In this document: piece after piece, positions 11,560-24,484 of the stretch
Layout: every line of letters begins with the position of its first letter
How positions within the stretch are numbered: the stretch's first letter is position 1
Source: Camelus dromedarius
Taxonomy: Eukaryota
Length of the DNA: 64,000 nt
NCBI RefSeq assembly: GCF_036321535.1
Contig: NC_087465.1
Location: 2,728,001 to 2,792,000 of the forward strand
Reading direction: 5' to 3'
Position numbers and translations under genes: made by a program
The notes under the pieces: generated by a model
What the model was told of the DNA's origin: nothing
Database searches by the model: none
Seen by the model: only the letters and a program-made list of their open reading frames with translations

Positions 11560-11960
11560 ACGGCGTAGGGTTCCAGCTTTGCCCCCGAGCGCGGCGCTGC
11601 AGAGGCCGCCTCGTGCAGCGAGGGCGGTGCGCGTGCAGCCCCGCGCCCCCGGGCCCCCCGGGCCGCCGCCCCCGCGCCGGACCCGCCCGCCGGCGCCGCC
11701 CCGCGGTTGCCGGCCTGACTGCAGGCGGGTCGCGCGGAAACGTTCAGAACCCAAAGCTGTTGACTGAATCAAGTAGGAATGAAAAAGGTGGCCCCCAGAA
11801 TGAAGGGAAGGACGTCTTGGCCAGATCCATCAGGGGGCGCAGTGTTCCGTCTTCGAAGGGTATAAAGGGGTGGAAAATGACGTCGCACTGATGCTGTCTC
11901 CCGTGGCCGTGAATCAGCAAAACCGAGGAAGGACGCATGGCAGCCCGTGTGCCCGAACGT
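11560..11960. promoter_or_regulatory. Orphan CpG island
   Basis: Near-pure GC core at 11580-11740 with many CpG and GC boxes, in otherwise average or AT-rich DNA. Confidence 0.8.
11827..11840 (+). promoter_or_regulatory. CTCF motif
   Basis: CCATCAGGGGGCGC followed by AGTG matches the CTCF core CCASYAGRKGGCRS except at one position (T at S). Confidence 0.6.
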
Positions 11961-12134
11961 GGCATCTAATGAGGTTTCTTTCTGAGGGAACCGAGGGCCA
12001 CGGAGACCCAGCCCTCACCAGACACGTGAGCCAGTGGTTCGGAAGTTGGGTTTTACAGACTCAGAATCCGGCCGAAGACTGAGGCTTATACTGTCCTTGT
12101 CTTGACATTGCAGTTAGGAGGGTTTCCTAGTGTG

Positions 12135-12225
12135 TTGCTTAGTTATGTCTCAGTCTTCTCATCTGAAAAATTATGATAATGATACTTGCTTCATAGGACT
12201 ATTTTGAAGATTAACTGAATATGTT
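12135..12225 (+). mobile_element. MIR remnant
   Basis: TCTCAGTCTTCTCATCTGAAAAATTATGATAATGATAC core. Confidence 0.45.
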
Positions 12226-12260
12226 TATACTATAGGTAAAAGTTTTAATCAAATTAATTA

Positions 12261-12389
12261 TTTTTTTGAGGGGAGGTAGGTAATTAAGTTTTACTTACTT
12301 ATTTTATTTTTAGAGGAGGTACTGGGGATTGAACCCAGGACCTTGCGCATGCTAAGCTCAGGCTCTACCACTTGAGCTGTACCTTCCCC
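12261..12389 (-). mobile_element. Vic-1-type SINE
   Basis: Reverse complement GGGGAAGGTACAGCTCAAGTGGTAGAG...GGTCCTGGGTTCAATCCCCAGTACCTCC. Possible ATCAAA target-site duplication. Confidence 0.85.
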
Positions 12390-12479
12390 ATCAAAGTTCT
12401 TAGTATTAACATTATTTATTATTATTGCTCCTACCCCAATACTATTTACTGCATCTTCAAAATAATGTGTATCATTGAA

Positions 12480-13190
12480 TCATTCTTGTACAGGTGTTTG
12501 GGTACCTGTAAACAGTATGTACTTTGAAAATTTATCTACGTGTCATAATGCATATGTTTAATAATGCTTTCAGGCTGCAAAATGTTCCTGAGATTTGTTT
12601 AGGTTGATATATGTACATCTAGTTTCTTGATTTTCACCCACGCATGACACAGATTTTACTTACTGCCAGGCTGATGCACGTTTAGGCACTTCCTTTTTTT
12701 GAACTCCGTGTACACACGGTTATCTTACACGGTTTTCACTGGGCTGTCTGAGGTGTCTGTCTAGAAGTGGATTTGTTGGGTCATAGGAACTGTGTATCAT
12801 CAACCACCTTACTCTTCAAAACCACATCTTACTTCTTCAAATGAGTTATAAGACTTGTCACTTCTTTGAAAAATATGGTTAGTATCATGATTAGAAGAAC
12901 ATTGCACTTACTGCTCTATTTGTGGAAATTATCATTGTTAGGGTATTGAGTTTTCCTGTTCATGAACATAGTATTTTTCTTACTTAGCTCTTCTGTAATT
13001 GCCTTCAAAAAGTAACTAATTTTTCTTCATGTATATCTTATACATCCTTGCTTAATCTATTTGTAGGTATCTTGTAGTTTTGGTTGAACTTTGAATGATA
13101 TTTTTAAAAGATGACATTCCTAATAGATTTTTGCAGGTATTTGGTAAATCATGAAGTTTTATTCAGTGATCTTACTGAAGAAAGCATTAG
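12480..13190 (-). mobile_element. Old L1 remnant
   Basis: T-rich degenerate L1 antisense (AGAAGTGGATTTGTTGGGTCATAGG; TTTTCCTGTTCATGAACATAG). Confidence 0.45.
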
Positions 13191-13204
13191 TTCTTTTTTT
13201 TAAT

Positions 13205-13381
13205 ATATATTTTTATTGAAGCATAGTCAGTTTACAATGTTGTGTCAATTTCTAGTGTACAGCACAGTGCTTCAGTCATATAGGAACATACATATATTCG
13301 TTTTCATATTCTCTTTCACCATAAGTTACTACAAGACATTGAATATAGTTCCCTGTGCTATAGAGTATAAACTTGTTTATC
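13205..13381 (-). mobile_element. Young L1 3' end
   Basis: TTTTATTGAAGCATAGTCAGTTTACAATGTTGTG...GAATATAGTTCCCTGTGCTATA. Confidence 0.8.
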
Positions 13382-13644
13382 AAGAATGCATTGGTTCTAA
13401 TAGTTTGTCTATAGATTCTCTTGGATTTTTATGTAGATAATTATATCATCTATTAATAAAAGTACTTTTGTTTCCTCTTCATCACTTGGTCTTATTTCTT
13501 ATTCTTGTTTTACTGTGTTGGCTAGTATTTTTACTTTGGTACAGTTGTGCACCTGCACTGTATCAGTTCTGTGTCCTCAGGTGATCGACTGGAATAGAAA
13601 GTCCCCTCTATAGAAAGTCTGCACTAGGCGTCACTATTACAGAA

Positions 13645-13780
13645 CCTGGAGGACTGCCTGGGTTCATGTCGTGGACAGACACTTAACTACCTGTGCCTCA
13701 GTATCCTGACTGATAAAGTAGGCATAATAGTGGTATCCTCTTGATAAGGCTGTTTTGAAGACTAAATAAGTTAGAACTTA
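13645..13780 (+). mobile_element. MIR remnant
   Basis: ACACTTAACTACCTGTGCCTCAGTATCC core. Confidence 0.55.
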
Positions 13781-13794
13781 TGATACCCTTATAG

Positions 13795-14140
13795 CAGGGG
13801 AAGTGAAGAGTTGTTATTCTATGAATTTCAGTTATGCTATGTAAGTTCTAGAGTTCTCCTGTGCAACATAGTGCCTGTAGTTAACAATATTTTTGTGCAC
13901 TTCAGAGTTTGTCAAGTGGGCAGCACTCATGTTGTGTTTTTACCACACGTGCACACACACAAAATTTAAAAAAAAAAACAACAAAGGGACATAAGAAAAC
14001 TGGGAGGAGTTGGATTTATTTATTCCCTTGATTGTGGTCCTGGGATCATGGGTGTTTGCATATGTCCAGACTCATCAAATTTTATACATGAAATATGTGC
14101 AGGTTTTTGTATCTATATCTCGGTTGTATCTCAATACAAA
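13795..14140 (+). mobile_element. L1MA/MB-type 3' end
   Basis: TAAGTTCTAGAG...GTGCCTGTAGTTAACAATA...CTTGATTGTGGT...GTCCAGACTCATCAAATT. Confidence 0.7.
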
Positions 14141-14339
14141 AACAACCAAAACCCCCTGAGAGCAGTGCCTGACATGTGCAAAGAGCTCAGGAGATCGCAC
14201 CCATCAGGACGTCTACAGCTCAGAATACGTAAAAATGAGATCGGTCGACAAGCTTCCTTTCTCACACTAGTCCATCTGTTTTTCGATATCAAGGTTTATA
14301 AACATCAAAAAATGAGCTTAGATTTTATTCTCTTTCTAT

Positions 14340-16480
14340 CCTCTTGAGTGGGTTAGTGTACAATTAAGAATTATCTATTTCTTAAAGTTTTGGTAAAACT
14401 CACCTTTCAAATTGCTTAGTCCTGGAGATTTTCTGATATTGATGACTAACTCAGTTTCTTTAATGCTTATGTCTACTCATATTTTCAATTTCTTTTTGAG
14501 TTTATTTTGGTAATTCATATTTTCCATATTTTAAAGTTGTCAGGTTTATTGGTATAAAGTTGTTTGCTGTATTCTTTTATGATATCTAAAAGTTTTAGTG
14601 TATGTTTATGACCTATTTTTTTCATGGAAAGGGTAAAATCTGTTGTATTGGTTTGTTTCGAAGACTCAGCTTTTGCTTTTATCTGTCTTTATTTCTTTTA
14701 TTTCCTCTTAGTTCATCAGTTTTCACTATGTATTTCCTTTTAGTGTCTTCAGGTTACCTGTGTTCCTTTATGAGCTCCTAGAGTTGTATGCTTAGCTCAT
14801 GAATTTCCTTTTTTCTCTCTTAGTATGTACACTTCAGCATATACATTCTCTCTAAACGTTGATTCTGAGGTGGCCCATAGAGTGCTACATACATTTAGCT
14901 TAATTACAATAAAAGAATTCCAGTCAAAGAAGTATTCCCTCCCACCATGCCCGTCCCCAGTTCACACTCCACAAGGACAACTCATTTTTAACTTTTTAAA
15001 CAGTTTCTTTCGTGTTTACCTCTTTATTTCTAATTAACATGATGTAGGCTCATTTCTTGATACTTCAGTTTATTATCTACTGACCTCCTGCTGTGGAAGA
15101 TAAGATGTGCTCCCATATCCCTCCTCTTCCACATCCTCTCGGTGGAGTCAATGTCGCCATTTTGAATTAAACTGATACCCAGAGTTTGCACTATTGTATG
15201 GATATGTAAGCACTGCTCACAGAAGAGCTATGTGGTATATTTTGCTTACATTTCCTCTTTGCAAACTTTTTCCTCCCTAAAGTTGATAAGAGGCTTTTAG
15301 TTTTTGTTGTCTTAAGTTTTCTATTTTCTTATCATTCTTTCCTTCCAAGGTCCCCTCCGTCTAAGTTTAAATCTCTCCTTACTGTGGTCACACACATAAG
15401 GTATTTGATTGATTTTATCTTTTTCTCGGAGATAACCCTCCTGGGATTCTCTGCTTCTGCTAATCTAGATTTCTTGTGCTCTTGGCCTGCTCTGGGGCTC
15501 CCGTCCAGGGACCTCTCTGCACTGTCATGCTGGGGACCAGTGGCTGGAACACGAGAAAGGCACAGGGACCTTCTCCAATGTTCTGCCACTGGTTCCGCAC
15601 TGGTATTTCCCTCTTCATTTGTGCTGTTATTTTGGGGGAACACGCTTCAGTGGCTTCCTGAGAAGGGGCATATTTATTCCTGGTCATTCCATGAAATTCT
15701 TAAAAGTCTCTGAAATACCTGTAATTTTTTATCTGTCTCTATTAACTTGAACATTCATTGTAATGTGCCTTGGTGTGTGGGCTTTTTCTGTTATTGTCCT
15801 GGGAACTTGGTAAGCCCGTTCGGTTTGGAAATTCATTTTGTTCGGAGATAGGGAAACCTCTATGATTATTTATAGGATAAAACTGTCACTTTAATTTTAA
15901 TCAGATGTTAGAGCTCTTGAACTTATCCTCTGTTTTTTTTCTACATTTCTTGTCCTTTCTTATTTTCCATCATTCTATTTATATATATATATATACAAAT
16001 ATAGTTACACTTTTACAACTATACATTTCTATTTATATAACGTGTGTGTGTGCATACACAAATGGGATGATGGAAAAAATTATCACTTTCATTCTCACTT
16101 AAATCTAAATATTTAATCATTTTTCTTATGATTTCTCCGTTGATCCATGAATTATTTAGAAGTGTGCTTTTTAGTTTCTAAAGTACAGTATGTGTGTTGG
16201 GGGGCATTGGTGATCTTTTTGTAATTGATTTTTAATATTACTGCATTTTGATCCGATAATGTGGTTTGTATATAATTTAAAAATATGTATTGACTTTCTT
16301 TTTGATGTAATGTGTATTTGTGTCCAAGTTTCCTAATATCCCATGAATGCTTGAAACAGAGAAATATTTCCTATTTGTTGGGTGCAATATTTCACATGTA
16401 CTTCCCTTAGATCAAGCCTGTGAAGGGGAAAAACTCTTTCCTAATATTTTTTCATGTTGATCTGCTAGTTTCCAGGAGAC
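14340..16480 (-). mobile_element. Cluster of ancient L1/HAL1 remnants
   Basis: T-rich L1 antisense. TTTTGGGGGAACACGCTTCAGTGGCTTCCTGAGAAGGGGCAT near 15630-15670 is HAL1-like. Confidence 0.45.
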
Positions 16481-16559
16481 TTGTGTTCAGTGGCCCTGGA
16501 ACGGCCCCCATGTAGACAGCCTTCAGTCCAACACTGCCTCCACCCTCCACGCGGGAAAG

Positions 16560-19375
16560 CCGCCGGAGAGATTTCTGTCTGCACAGTTTTGCCGGACTGT
16601 CATGTATATGGGATCTTACAGTGTGAAGTCTTTTGGGTTCGGCTTCTTTCATCTAGAAAAGATTCATTTAAGGTTTATCTCTGCTGTTGTGTGAGTCAGC
16701 ATTTCGTCTTTGTGCTGCCGAGTGGCGTTCTGTTGTGTGCACGCACCGCACTTGGTTTACCCAGCCACCTGCGGAAGCACGTCTGGGTTGTTTCCAGTTT
16801 GGGGACAGAAACAAAGTGGTTATGACCTTGTGCAGAGAGGTTTTTAGGTGAATCCAGGGCGTCAGTTCACTTGGGTTAAATACCTCGGAGTGGGATTTCT
16901 GGGTCACATGCTAAGCATATATTTAACTCTGCAGGAAACTGTTCAGCTCTTCCAAACTGGCTGTGCCATTTGCATCCTCACTAATGAGACCCCGCAGTGA
17001 ATGCGGGTTCCAGTCGCTCTCCATCAGCCCCGGTCTTGGCGTGGTCAGCTCTTATGTGTTAGCCATTCTAGGTATGCAGTGGTCTCTCTCTGTGGCTTCA
17101 ACTTTCTTAATGACTGTTCAGGCAGAGCGTCATTTCACATGCTTATTTGCCGTCTGTATATTTTCTTCGGAGAAGTGCCTTTTCACCTATTTCGCTCATT
17201 TTTAAAGGGGGGTTGTTTCTTACTATTGAGCTTTAAGTGTTCTTTATATATTCTATCTAGATACGAGTCCTTTATGTAAATATTTTTCTCCAAGTCTGTG
17301 GCTTGACTTCTAATCCCCTTAACAGTGTCTTTTACAGAGAAAAAGTTTCAAATTTTTTATGAGTCCAATTTATCAAATTTTCTATTATGGCTCATGCTTT
17401 TAGTGTCATGTCTAAAACTTGCCACCACACCCAAGGTCACACAGGTTTTCTCCTCTCTTTCTTCTAGAACTTTTAAAGGTTTAGAGTTAGAACTAGGTCA
17501 GCGGTTTATTCTGAGGTAACTTTTGCGCGTGGCATGAGGCGTGTGTCAAGGCTCTTTTCCCTTTTCCTTTTTTGCACATGGGTACTCAGTTGTTTCAGAA
17601 ACATTTGTTGAAAAGATAAAACTTTCTTCATTGACTCGCCTTTGCACTTTTGCCAAAAATGAACTATGTTTGTGTGGATCTATTTCAGGTCTCTTTATTC
17701 TGTTCCATTGTTAAATGCACATACTCTTTTACCAATATCATACTGTCTGGATAACTGTAGCTTTATCATGAAATGTGAAGTCAGGTAGAGTGAGTCCTCC
17801 AACTCTTTTTTTTTTTGTTCAGAGTTGTTTTGGCTTTCCTTTTTCCTTTGCCTTTCCATATAAATTTTAAAATGAACCTGTCTATATTTACAAGAAAGCC
17901 TTGCTGGAATTTTGATTTGGGTTGCACTAAATCTATTTATCAATTGACAAGATGAATATCTTTAAATATTGAGCCTTTCAATCCATGAGCATGGTAGATC
18001 TCTTTATATAAATCTTCTTTAATTTCTTTCATTAGTGTTTGTAATTTTTAACATACAGACTCTTAGATTTATCTCTAAGTATTTCGTTTTCAGTGCTATT
18101 GTAAATGGTATTTTTTTTTTGGAATTTCAAATTCCAGTTGTTTATTGTATATAGGAAGATAATTGACATTTACATATTGGCCAGGTGTCCTGTGACCTTA
18201 TTAAATTCACCTTTTAGTTATAAGAGATGTTTTTGTAGATTGTTTGGGATTTTCTTCATAGACAGTCATGTCATCTGAGAATAGAGGCAGTTTTATATCT
18301 TTCTTTTCTATTTGTCTGCCTTTTCTTGCCCATGGAAAGGCTGACAGAAGTTCGTGTTTGAACGAGACATTGATCCTGAACAGAGTGAGAGAAGATATCC
18401 TGTCTTTGTTCCCATCTTAGGGGGAAAGCATTCAGTTTTTCACCGTTGAGGTTAGTTGTAGGTTTTATGTACCTGTGTAAATACTTTTCATAAGATGAAG
18501 GAAGTTCTCTATTTCTAGTTTGTTGAGGGTTTTTATCATGAAGAGATGTTGAATGTTGTCAAATGCTAATTTTGGAATCTATTGAGATATTCATAAGGTT
18601 TTTCTTCTTTAGTCTGTTAATATCATGAATTACATTAATTGATTTTAAAAATGTTGAACCAGCTTTGTATTCCTGGGATGAATCTTGCTTGATTGGCATG
18701 TATCATTGTTTTAATTGGAATTTCTGGATTCAATTTTTGCATGCTTTGTTGAAGAAATTTACATCTAGGTTTACAAAGAGTATTGTTTTGCAATTTTCTT
18801 TTCTTGCAATCTCTTTTTCTGGTTTTAATGTTAGGTTAATTCTGGTCTCATAAAATGAGTTGGAAAGTCTTCCCTGCTCTTTTACTTCCTGGATGAGATT
18901 GTGCAGGTTTGCAATTATTTTTTCCCTACATGATGGCAGAATTCACCAAGGAATCCACCTGTGCTTGGAGTTTTCTGGGTGGGAAGGTTTTCAATTACAG
19001 ATTCCATTTCTTTAATAAATAGAGGATTATTCAGATTCTCTGTATCTTTTTTCAGTGAATTTTGGTAGTTTACGTCTTTCACGAAACCGCTCTATTTTAT
19101 CTAAGTTGCCAGATCTATGGGTATACAGTTGTTTATTTTCCTATTATGCATTTAGTGTCAGCGAGGTCAAGGGTGACGCCCCCTCTTTCATTCCTGGTAT
19201 TGTTATTTATGTCTTCTCTCTTTGTTTTCTTGGTCAGACTCACTAGAGACTCACTTGCCAATTTTATTGACTTTTTCAAAGAATCAGACTTTGGTTTCAT
19301 TGGTTTTTTCTGTTTTTAATTTCATTGATTTCTGTTTTCATCATTATTGTTTTATTTCTTCTGCTTGCTTTGGCA
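16560..19375 (-). mobile_element. ~2.8 kb L1 (L1MB-like) ORF2/3' remnant
   Basis: Continuous L1 antisense. The minus ORF 17695-17943 (MINRFSATQIKIPARL...) is a degenerate L1 ORF2 segment. Confidence 0.85.
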
Positions 19376-20439
19376 TTATGGGGTTGAGATGCTCCAGGTT
19401 TGGAGTTTATACATGGGTGGTGAAGAGGATTCTCAGATAAATGCCTCTGTTCGGTCCCTGAGAGGAAGTCACACCAGAGAGAACTTGCCAGATCTTACTT
19501 CTGTTTGCTTTTCTTTCAAAGTGTCCATAGCAAGAGTTTTAGGAACGTGTACAATTACTCATTCACACATCACCCTCCTTCCCAGACAGTGAACCTCTGG
19601 GCAGGATTCAGTACCCACTGTTTTCAAAACATACCACGGTGTGTGTGTGTTGACCGACTACATGATGACGTGGTTTTTCTTACATCTGCCCTTTTCCGAT
19701 TCTGAGTTCTGAGTTCGGTTTGGGAAACACAGTCAGACCCCAGGTGACTCTTGCCCCTCATTTTTCTCATTGCAGCTTTCAGCATTCTCTTACCATCCTC
19801 AACCGTGACAGACCCTGCAAGTGCACCCTGGCTGATCCCTATCCTCCAACTCAGACTGAGTCAGGATCAGTTAAACTCACGCCTGATTGTGTGTCTGAAA
19901 CACCTGCGTGTCCCAGCTGTCTTGTACCCTAGACGGGACTAGAAATCTGAGAAGTGGGGAAGCAGCATCACCTCACACCTGGAGGAAGCAGGATCCAGTG
20001 TGGCCATGGCATTGTGACCATCGGATGGGACCTGACCATTTGTCCTGTGGAAGGTGAGGAAGCTGCCTGGCTTGGGAGGCACTGCCTTTCTCTTTATGGA
20101 TGCTCGTATTAAATTCAGGATTCCTTAAAGATAATTTCAGAATCATGAGCAAAAGAAAAGGGAATTTTCATTTCAAATGTAGAACTAGGGATGGAAGGAA
20201 GTATTTAAAAAATTGTCTCTTTACCTATATAGCTCATCAATTGTTTTTTTTTCTGGGCAATTCGTGGAATAAGTGGTGTTAGGTTTGTTTAATTCACAGT
20301 GGTGAACAAAAGGAATAGCGCCAGTCTGATTTACTTTGCGACATTATGAGGAGAAAGGATTCGCTGCTCAGACTCTGCGAGTGGCGCAAATACCCTCTAA
20401 GCTAGCATTATTATTATTATTATTATTATTCTTGATGGA

Positions 20440-21220
20440 GAGGCAGGTGCGTTAGGACCTACCTGCCGGACCAGCCTCCCTCTGGTTTGCCTGCCGCGCG
20501 GGGTGCACTGACGCCTGCGCGCCACGAGGTGGCGCCTTCACAGCGGTTTATCTCCCGGTGCTTCGTCTCCAGACCCGCTTCGCAAAGCGAGGCAAACGCG
20601 GCGCTGAGGAGGCGCCCGGGCCTTGAGCGGGTTAGAGATTGTTCTGGTCTTTGTCCCCGAGAGCGCACCTGGCCTGGGTCCTATCTCGGTTAGCATCGTT
20701 ATCAGCATCTCCCACGAGGACTCAGGGGACATGCTCAGCAGGTGCGCGGTGACGCGGGGCCGGGAGGAGCGCGGGTGCCCGAGGGCGACGCGGGCGGGAT
20801 TCCGGGGGCCTTCCGCTGGCCGGAGGTGGACGGGGAAAGACGCCCACGTGTGCCTTTGATGGGGAGGCACAGAGAGCCGCGGCCAGGGAGGGCGGGCCCG
20901 GGATACGCGTGTCGGGTGGCACAGGCGTCGCGGTGGCTGTGACGAGGGTAGCCGTGTCATCCAGCACCGCGCGGCCCCGTGCGGGCCGTGGCCCGCCCTG
21001 AACAAGGGCAGGAGCTCCTGCCAGGTGTCCATGAACTTCGTCACGAAGCACGCGGTCTAGCAGAGCAGGGCCGGGCGTCCACCTGTGTTCCGGCACCGAG
21101 CCTTCCTCTTGGGGAGGCCCTGCCTTTGAGTGGCGCTGAACGTCACGGGCTGCTTGGCGACAGCGCGTGGCCCTGAGTGCTTCAAGTGCATCCTCACATC
21201 CGGACAAAGGCGTGGTGCAT
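20440..21220. promoter_or_regulatory. CpG-rich island
   Basis: High GC and frequent CpG over about 0.8 kb, starting just after a (TTA)n tract at ~20408-20430. Confidence 0.7.
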
Positions 21221-22039
21221 GTGCTTGGGACCAGACTGCCTCCTTCCTCATCTGATGGAGGATAACAGTGATACCTGACATACAGGGCTGCCGTGGAGAA
21301 GGTCAGAAGTGGAACGCAGGCAAAGTTCCCGTTGTGTTTCTCGACAGGTGGTACCAACGGACTCAGCCCATGGAGGTGAGCACCGGTGTGCGTCTCCTTA
21401 ATACTTCTTGGAGGAAAATACTGTCACCCCTGTTTTACAGAAGACGAACAGCTGCCTTTCAGTGGAGCTTAACAGCATCCTGTGGTCATACATTTCCCAT
21501 GTGCCAGGGCTCAGGCTTAAAGCCTGGGATTTTCTGACTCTTTGATTTCACCGGGATGCTCATCCGTCCCAGCACACTGCTGGCTCCTGGCTGGACTAGC
21601 CCGGTAGCTTTCAAATTCAACTGTGGTCATAACCTAGTGCACACATGCACACACACACAGACACATCTATAATGTGATACAGAAGTTTCATGAAATAACA
21701 CTTCCCCTCCCTAAATGCAATGCACTCTGGTATTTTCCACTCCATTTGGCTTCAGCTTTAAAGGAAAATGCTGGTGGCGGCCTGATGAATTGATTTCATG
21801 GCCCAGCATGGGCTGTAACCCACCAGGGACACCCTAACAGCAATTTCTAGGTGCTCTTCAGTTCTAATTTTGTCTGATTCTCCTAAAACACAAGAATACA
21901 AACAAAAATTTTCAAACCTGATTCCCTTGGTTTTTATTTCTTTGAGTTTATTAAAAAAATTTTTTTTTACTGCCTTTGAAGTTTGGGCCTTTGTTCAAAT
22001 GTATAGTGAATCCTTAGTGACTAATCATATTTTAAAAAC

Positions 22040-22175
22040 ACTTTTTATACAGCTTTTGAAGGTTACACTCTGCCTACAGTTGTTTCAAAATATTGGCTCT
22101 GTTCCCCATGTGGTACGTACATCCCTGTAGCCTGTCCCACACCCGGTAGTTTGTACCTCGCACTCCCCCACCCAG
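22040..22175 (-). mobile_element. L1 3' end fragment
   Basis: TTTGAAGGTTACACTC...AAAATATTGGCTCTGTTCCCCATGTGGTAC, the antisense equivalent of 468-663. Confidence 0.55.
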
Positions 22176-22609
22176 AACAGAAGACCTGGACTCGGGAGCA
22201 GTTCGAGTGGACGAGGAGTAAGGATTTTAGCTGAAGTCAACACGTGGAAACATTGCAATGTGGAGGTGGCAGGCTTGCCTGCAAGGCCCCCTCCAGGATC
22301 CTGTGTTCCCTCTGGGGTGCCAGGTGTTGAGAAGTCAGCCACCTGAGCATGTTTGGAGAAGGACCATCGCTAAACTGATGGGGAAGGGCCTGACAGTGTT
22401 TAAGGAGCCAGGGATGTTTAATCTGATTTTGAAGGAAAAGAGTCTCTAAACAGTTGAAAAAATTTCAGGCCAATATGACAATAGGTCTCTAAGGCAGCAG
22501 AAGCCTCCTGTGGGACTGGGTAAGTCTTGAGCCGTCTGATGCATTATCTCACAGAAAGCTTATTTTTATTGGGTTTTTAGAGTTTGGTGTCTGCAGTGAG
22601 ACTCATGCG

Positions 22610-23050
22610 AAGTGATTGTTAGCGCACTTCCGTCCTGTGAGCGCAGGCGGGAAGCCGCCCCTCCCAGGCTGAGTGAGTGGAGGAGCTCCCCCGCTTGCCC
22701 CCGGCCAGCCGTTCCTGAGCTTCAAAGGGCTTTCTAAGGGCGGAGGCCGGCTCCGGCCCAGGCCGGGCCTTGAGCGCAGACGTTCCTCCGCCTGGAGCCT
22801 GGCCGCCCGGGGGCGGGAAAGCCCCCGTTCCTGGTGCCCTGGGCGGCTGGGAAGCGCCGGCCCGGCTGTTTCCCTCCGTCCCGGGATGCAGCGGGAGGCA
22901 GCGCAGAGCGCGTTCTCCACGGGAGCCAGGAAGGGAGGGGGCGAGGGGCGGAGCGCGCCCTGCCCGGGTTCTCCGCCCCCGGGGCGCCTGGCGCTGGAAA
23001 TCCCCCTGCAAGGTGGTCCAACAACACAGAAGTCGCCGAGTGGGGCATCA
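22610..23050. promoter_or_regulatory. Orphan CpG island
   Basis: GC- and CpG-dense, with GGGCGG boxes. Confidence 0.75.
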
Positions 23051-23059
23051 CATTGGTAC

Positions 23060-23440
23060 CTTATTACATTCAGGAAGGAAAGGGGAGAGAGGAGTCAAGA
23101 ATGACTCAAAGGCCATGTGGTTGGGAAATCTCAGCGCAAAGCTGGGCCACCAAAGAGCAGAGGAAAGACTGAGGTGGTGCACATCGAGGGCAGAGAGGCC
23201 GGGACTCCCGGTGGGGCTACGCCGGCTGCCTGGAGTCGGAGCGGTGTGCGTGAAAGTTTGCGGGTGAAACCTGGTGAAGAGGTATTAAAGTATGTTGCTC
23301 CTGCCGCTCAGCTGTGTGCCATCCAGTGTGGAATCCTGACCCTTGTGGTCACAGTGGAGAGTGGAGTGGGGCTCAAGGACACGGGAGCTGGGCTCTTGTC
23401 CGAGATGACACGTTCATTCATTCATTATCTGCTGGCATCC
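23060..23440 (-). mobile_element. L2 remnant
   Basis: GAGAGGAGTCAAGAATGACTC motif and a TTCATTCATTCA tail-like sequence. Confidence 0.4.
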
Positions 23441-23721
23441 CGGAGTGAGTTCCATGCTTAGAATATAATTAACACACTCCTTTTAGGCGGTTCTTTCAGT
23501 AGACTTAGAATGAACAGGTTACAGAGGTGCTGTCTGAAAACGCCTGTCTGTATTTTATGCTGATCTTTCAGGTGGGTAGAGTCTGGTGGCTCCCTGGTCA
23601 TTTGGGACATTGCGTTGTTCGAGTTCATAGGAAGGGAGGGGGGCGCTGAAGCAGAGGAAGTTGTGCGCGAGTGGGATCCCGGGAGATGAACTGGTGATGT
23701 GACCGTGATGAAAGCATCGGT

Positions 23722-23905
23722 TAACATTTATCGGTGTGCCCTCTGCCCTGAGCAGTATTCTCAGCACTGTATATAATAATTGTATTTGATTTTAACAACC
23801 CACGTAAATGATTACTATTAGCGCCCTCCTGTGCAATTAAAGGAACTAAACCACAGAGAGGCTATGAATTTGCCCAAGGTTGCAGAGCTGGGATGGCCTG
23901 ACCAC
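23722..23905 (-). mobile_element. MIR remnant
   Basis: AAACCACAGAGAGGCTATGAATTTGCCCAAGGTTGCAGAGCT. Confidence 0.55.
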
Positions 23906-24484
23906 TGAGCCACACCATGAACACTTCCCAGTGAGGTACTGCCCTTGTCTGGCTTGATAAACTGGCAGAAGACGAGGAGACACAAAACTTAGAGCCATGA
24001 GAAAGGGAGGAGAAGCAATGGCACCTTCAAATTCTGCAGAGAGAGGCCCTTGGGAGAGAGTTCAGGTTTTACAGTTTTCACCCCAAATTCCAACTTATAG
24101 GAAAAAAAATCAATCAACCAGACTCTCACTGCTCCAGCACATCAGCTATCCATTGTGTTTTGTTACTGGACAGGTGCCCACCCAGTATTTGCGTGGAGCC
24201 TCTGGCTGAGCCGGAATGGCCAGCCCTGAAAGCTGGGCTCCCCTCAAGACAGCAGAGCATCTTCAGAAGGTGGTGCAGGTGGAGGAGCTCGTCCAGGCTG
24301 AGGGCTCCTGTGCCAGAGAGAGATGGCCTGGGGTGGGGGGCTCGCCCGCTCACTCCCCATCACTGGCAGCTGTCCAAGGTCCCAAATGACGGAGTGGAGA
24401 AGAGACATTATGGATTTAACTAGCTGGAAAAGAGTCCCTCCTTGAGCTCAGGTTAAATTAGTCCAGAAGTGACCCAAGGGAGGT

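Noticed and set aside
20616-22776. Identical 14-mer CCGGGCCTTGAGCG at 20616-20629 and 22763-22776
   Set aside because: A rough estimate shows one such match is plausible by chance among several kb of GC-rich DNA. The flanks do not extend.
20538-23267. 100-210 aa ORFs on both strands in the 20-23 kb CpG islands
   Set aside because: Multiple overlapping frames, low-complexity GC-driven composition and no homology I can recognise.
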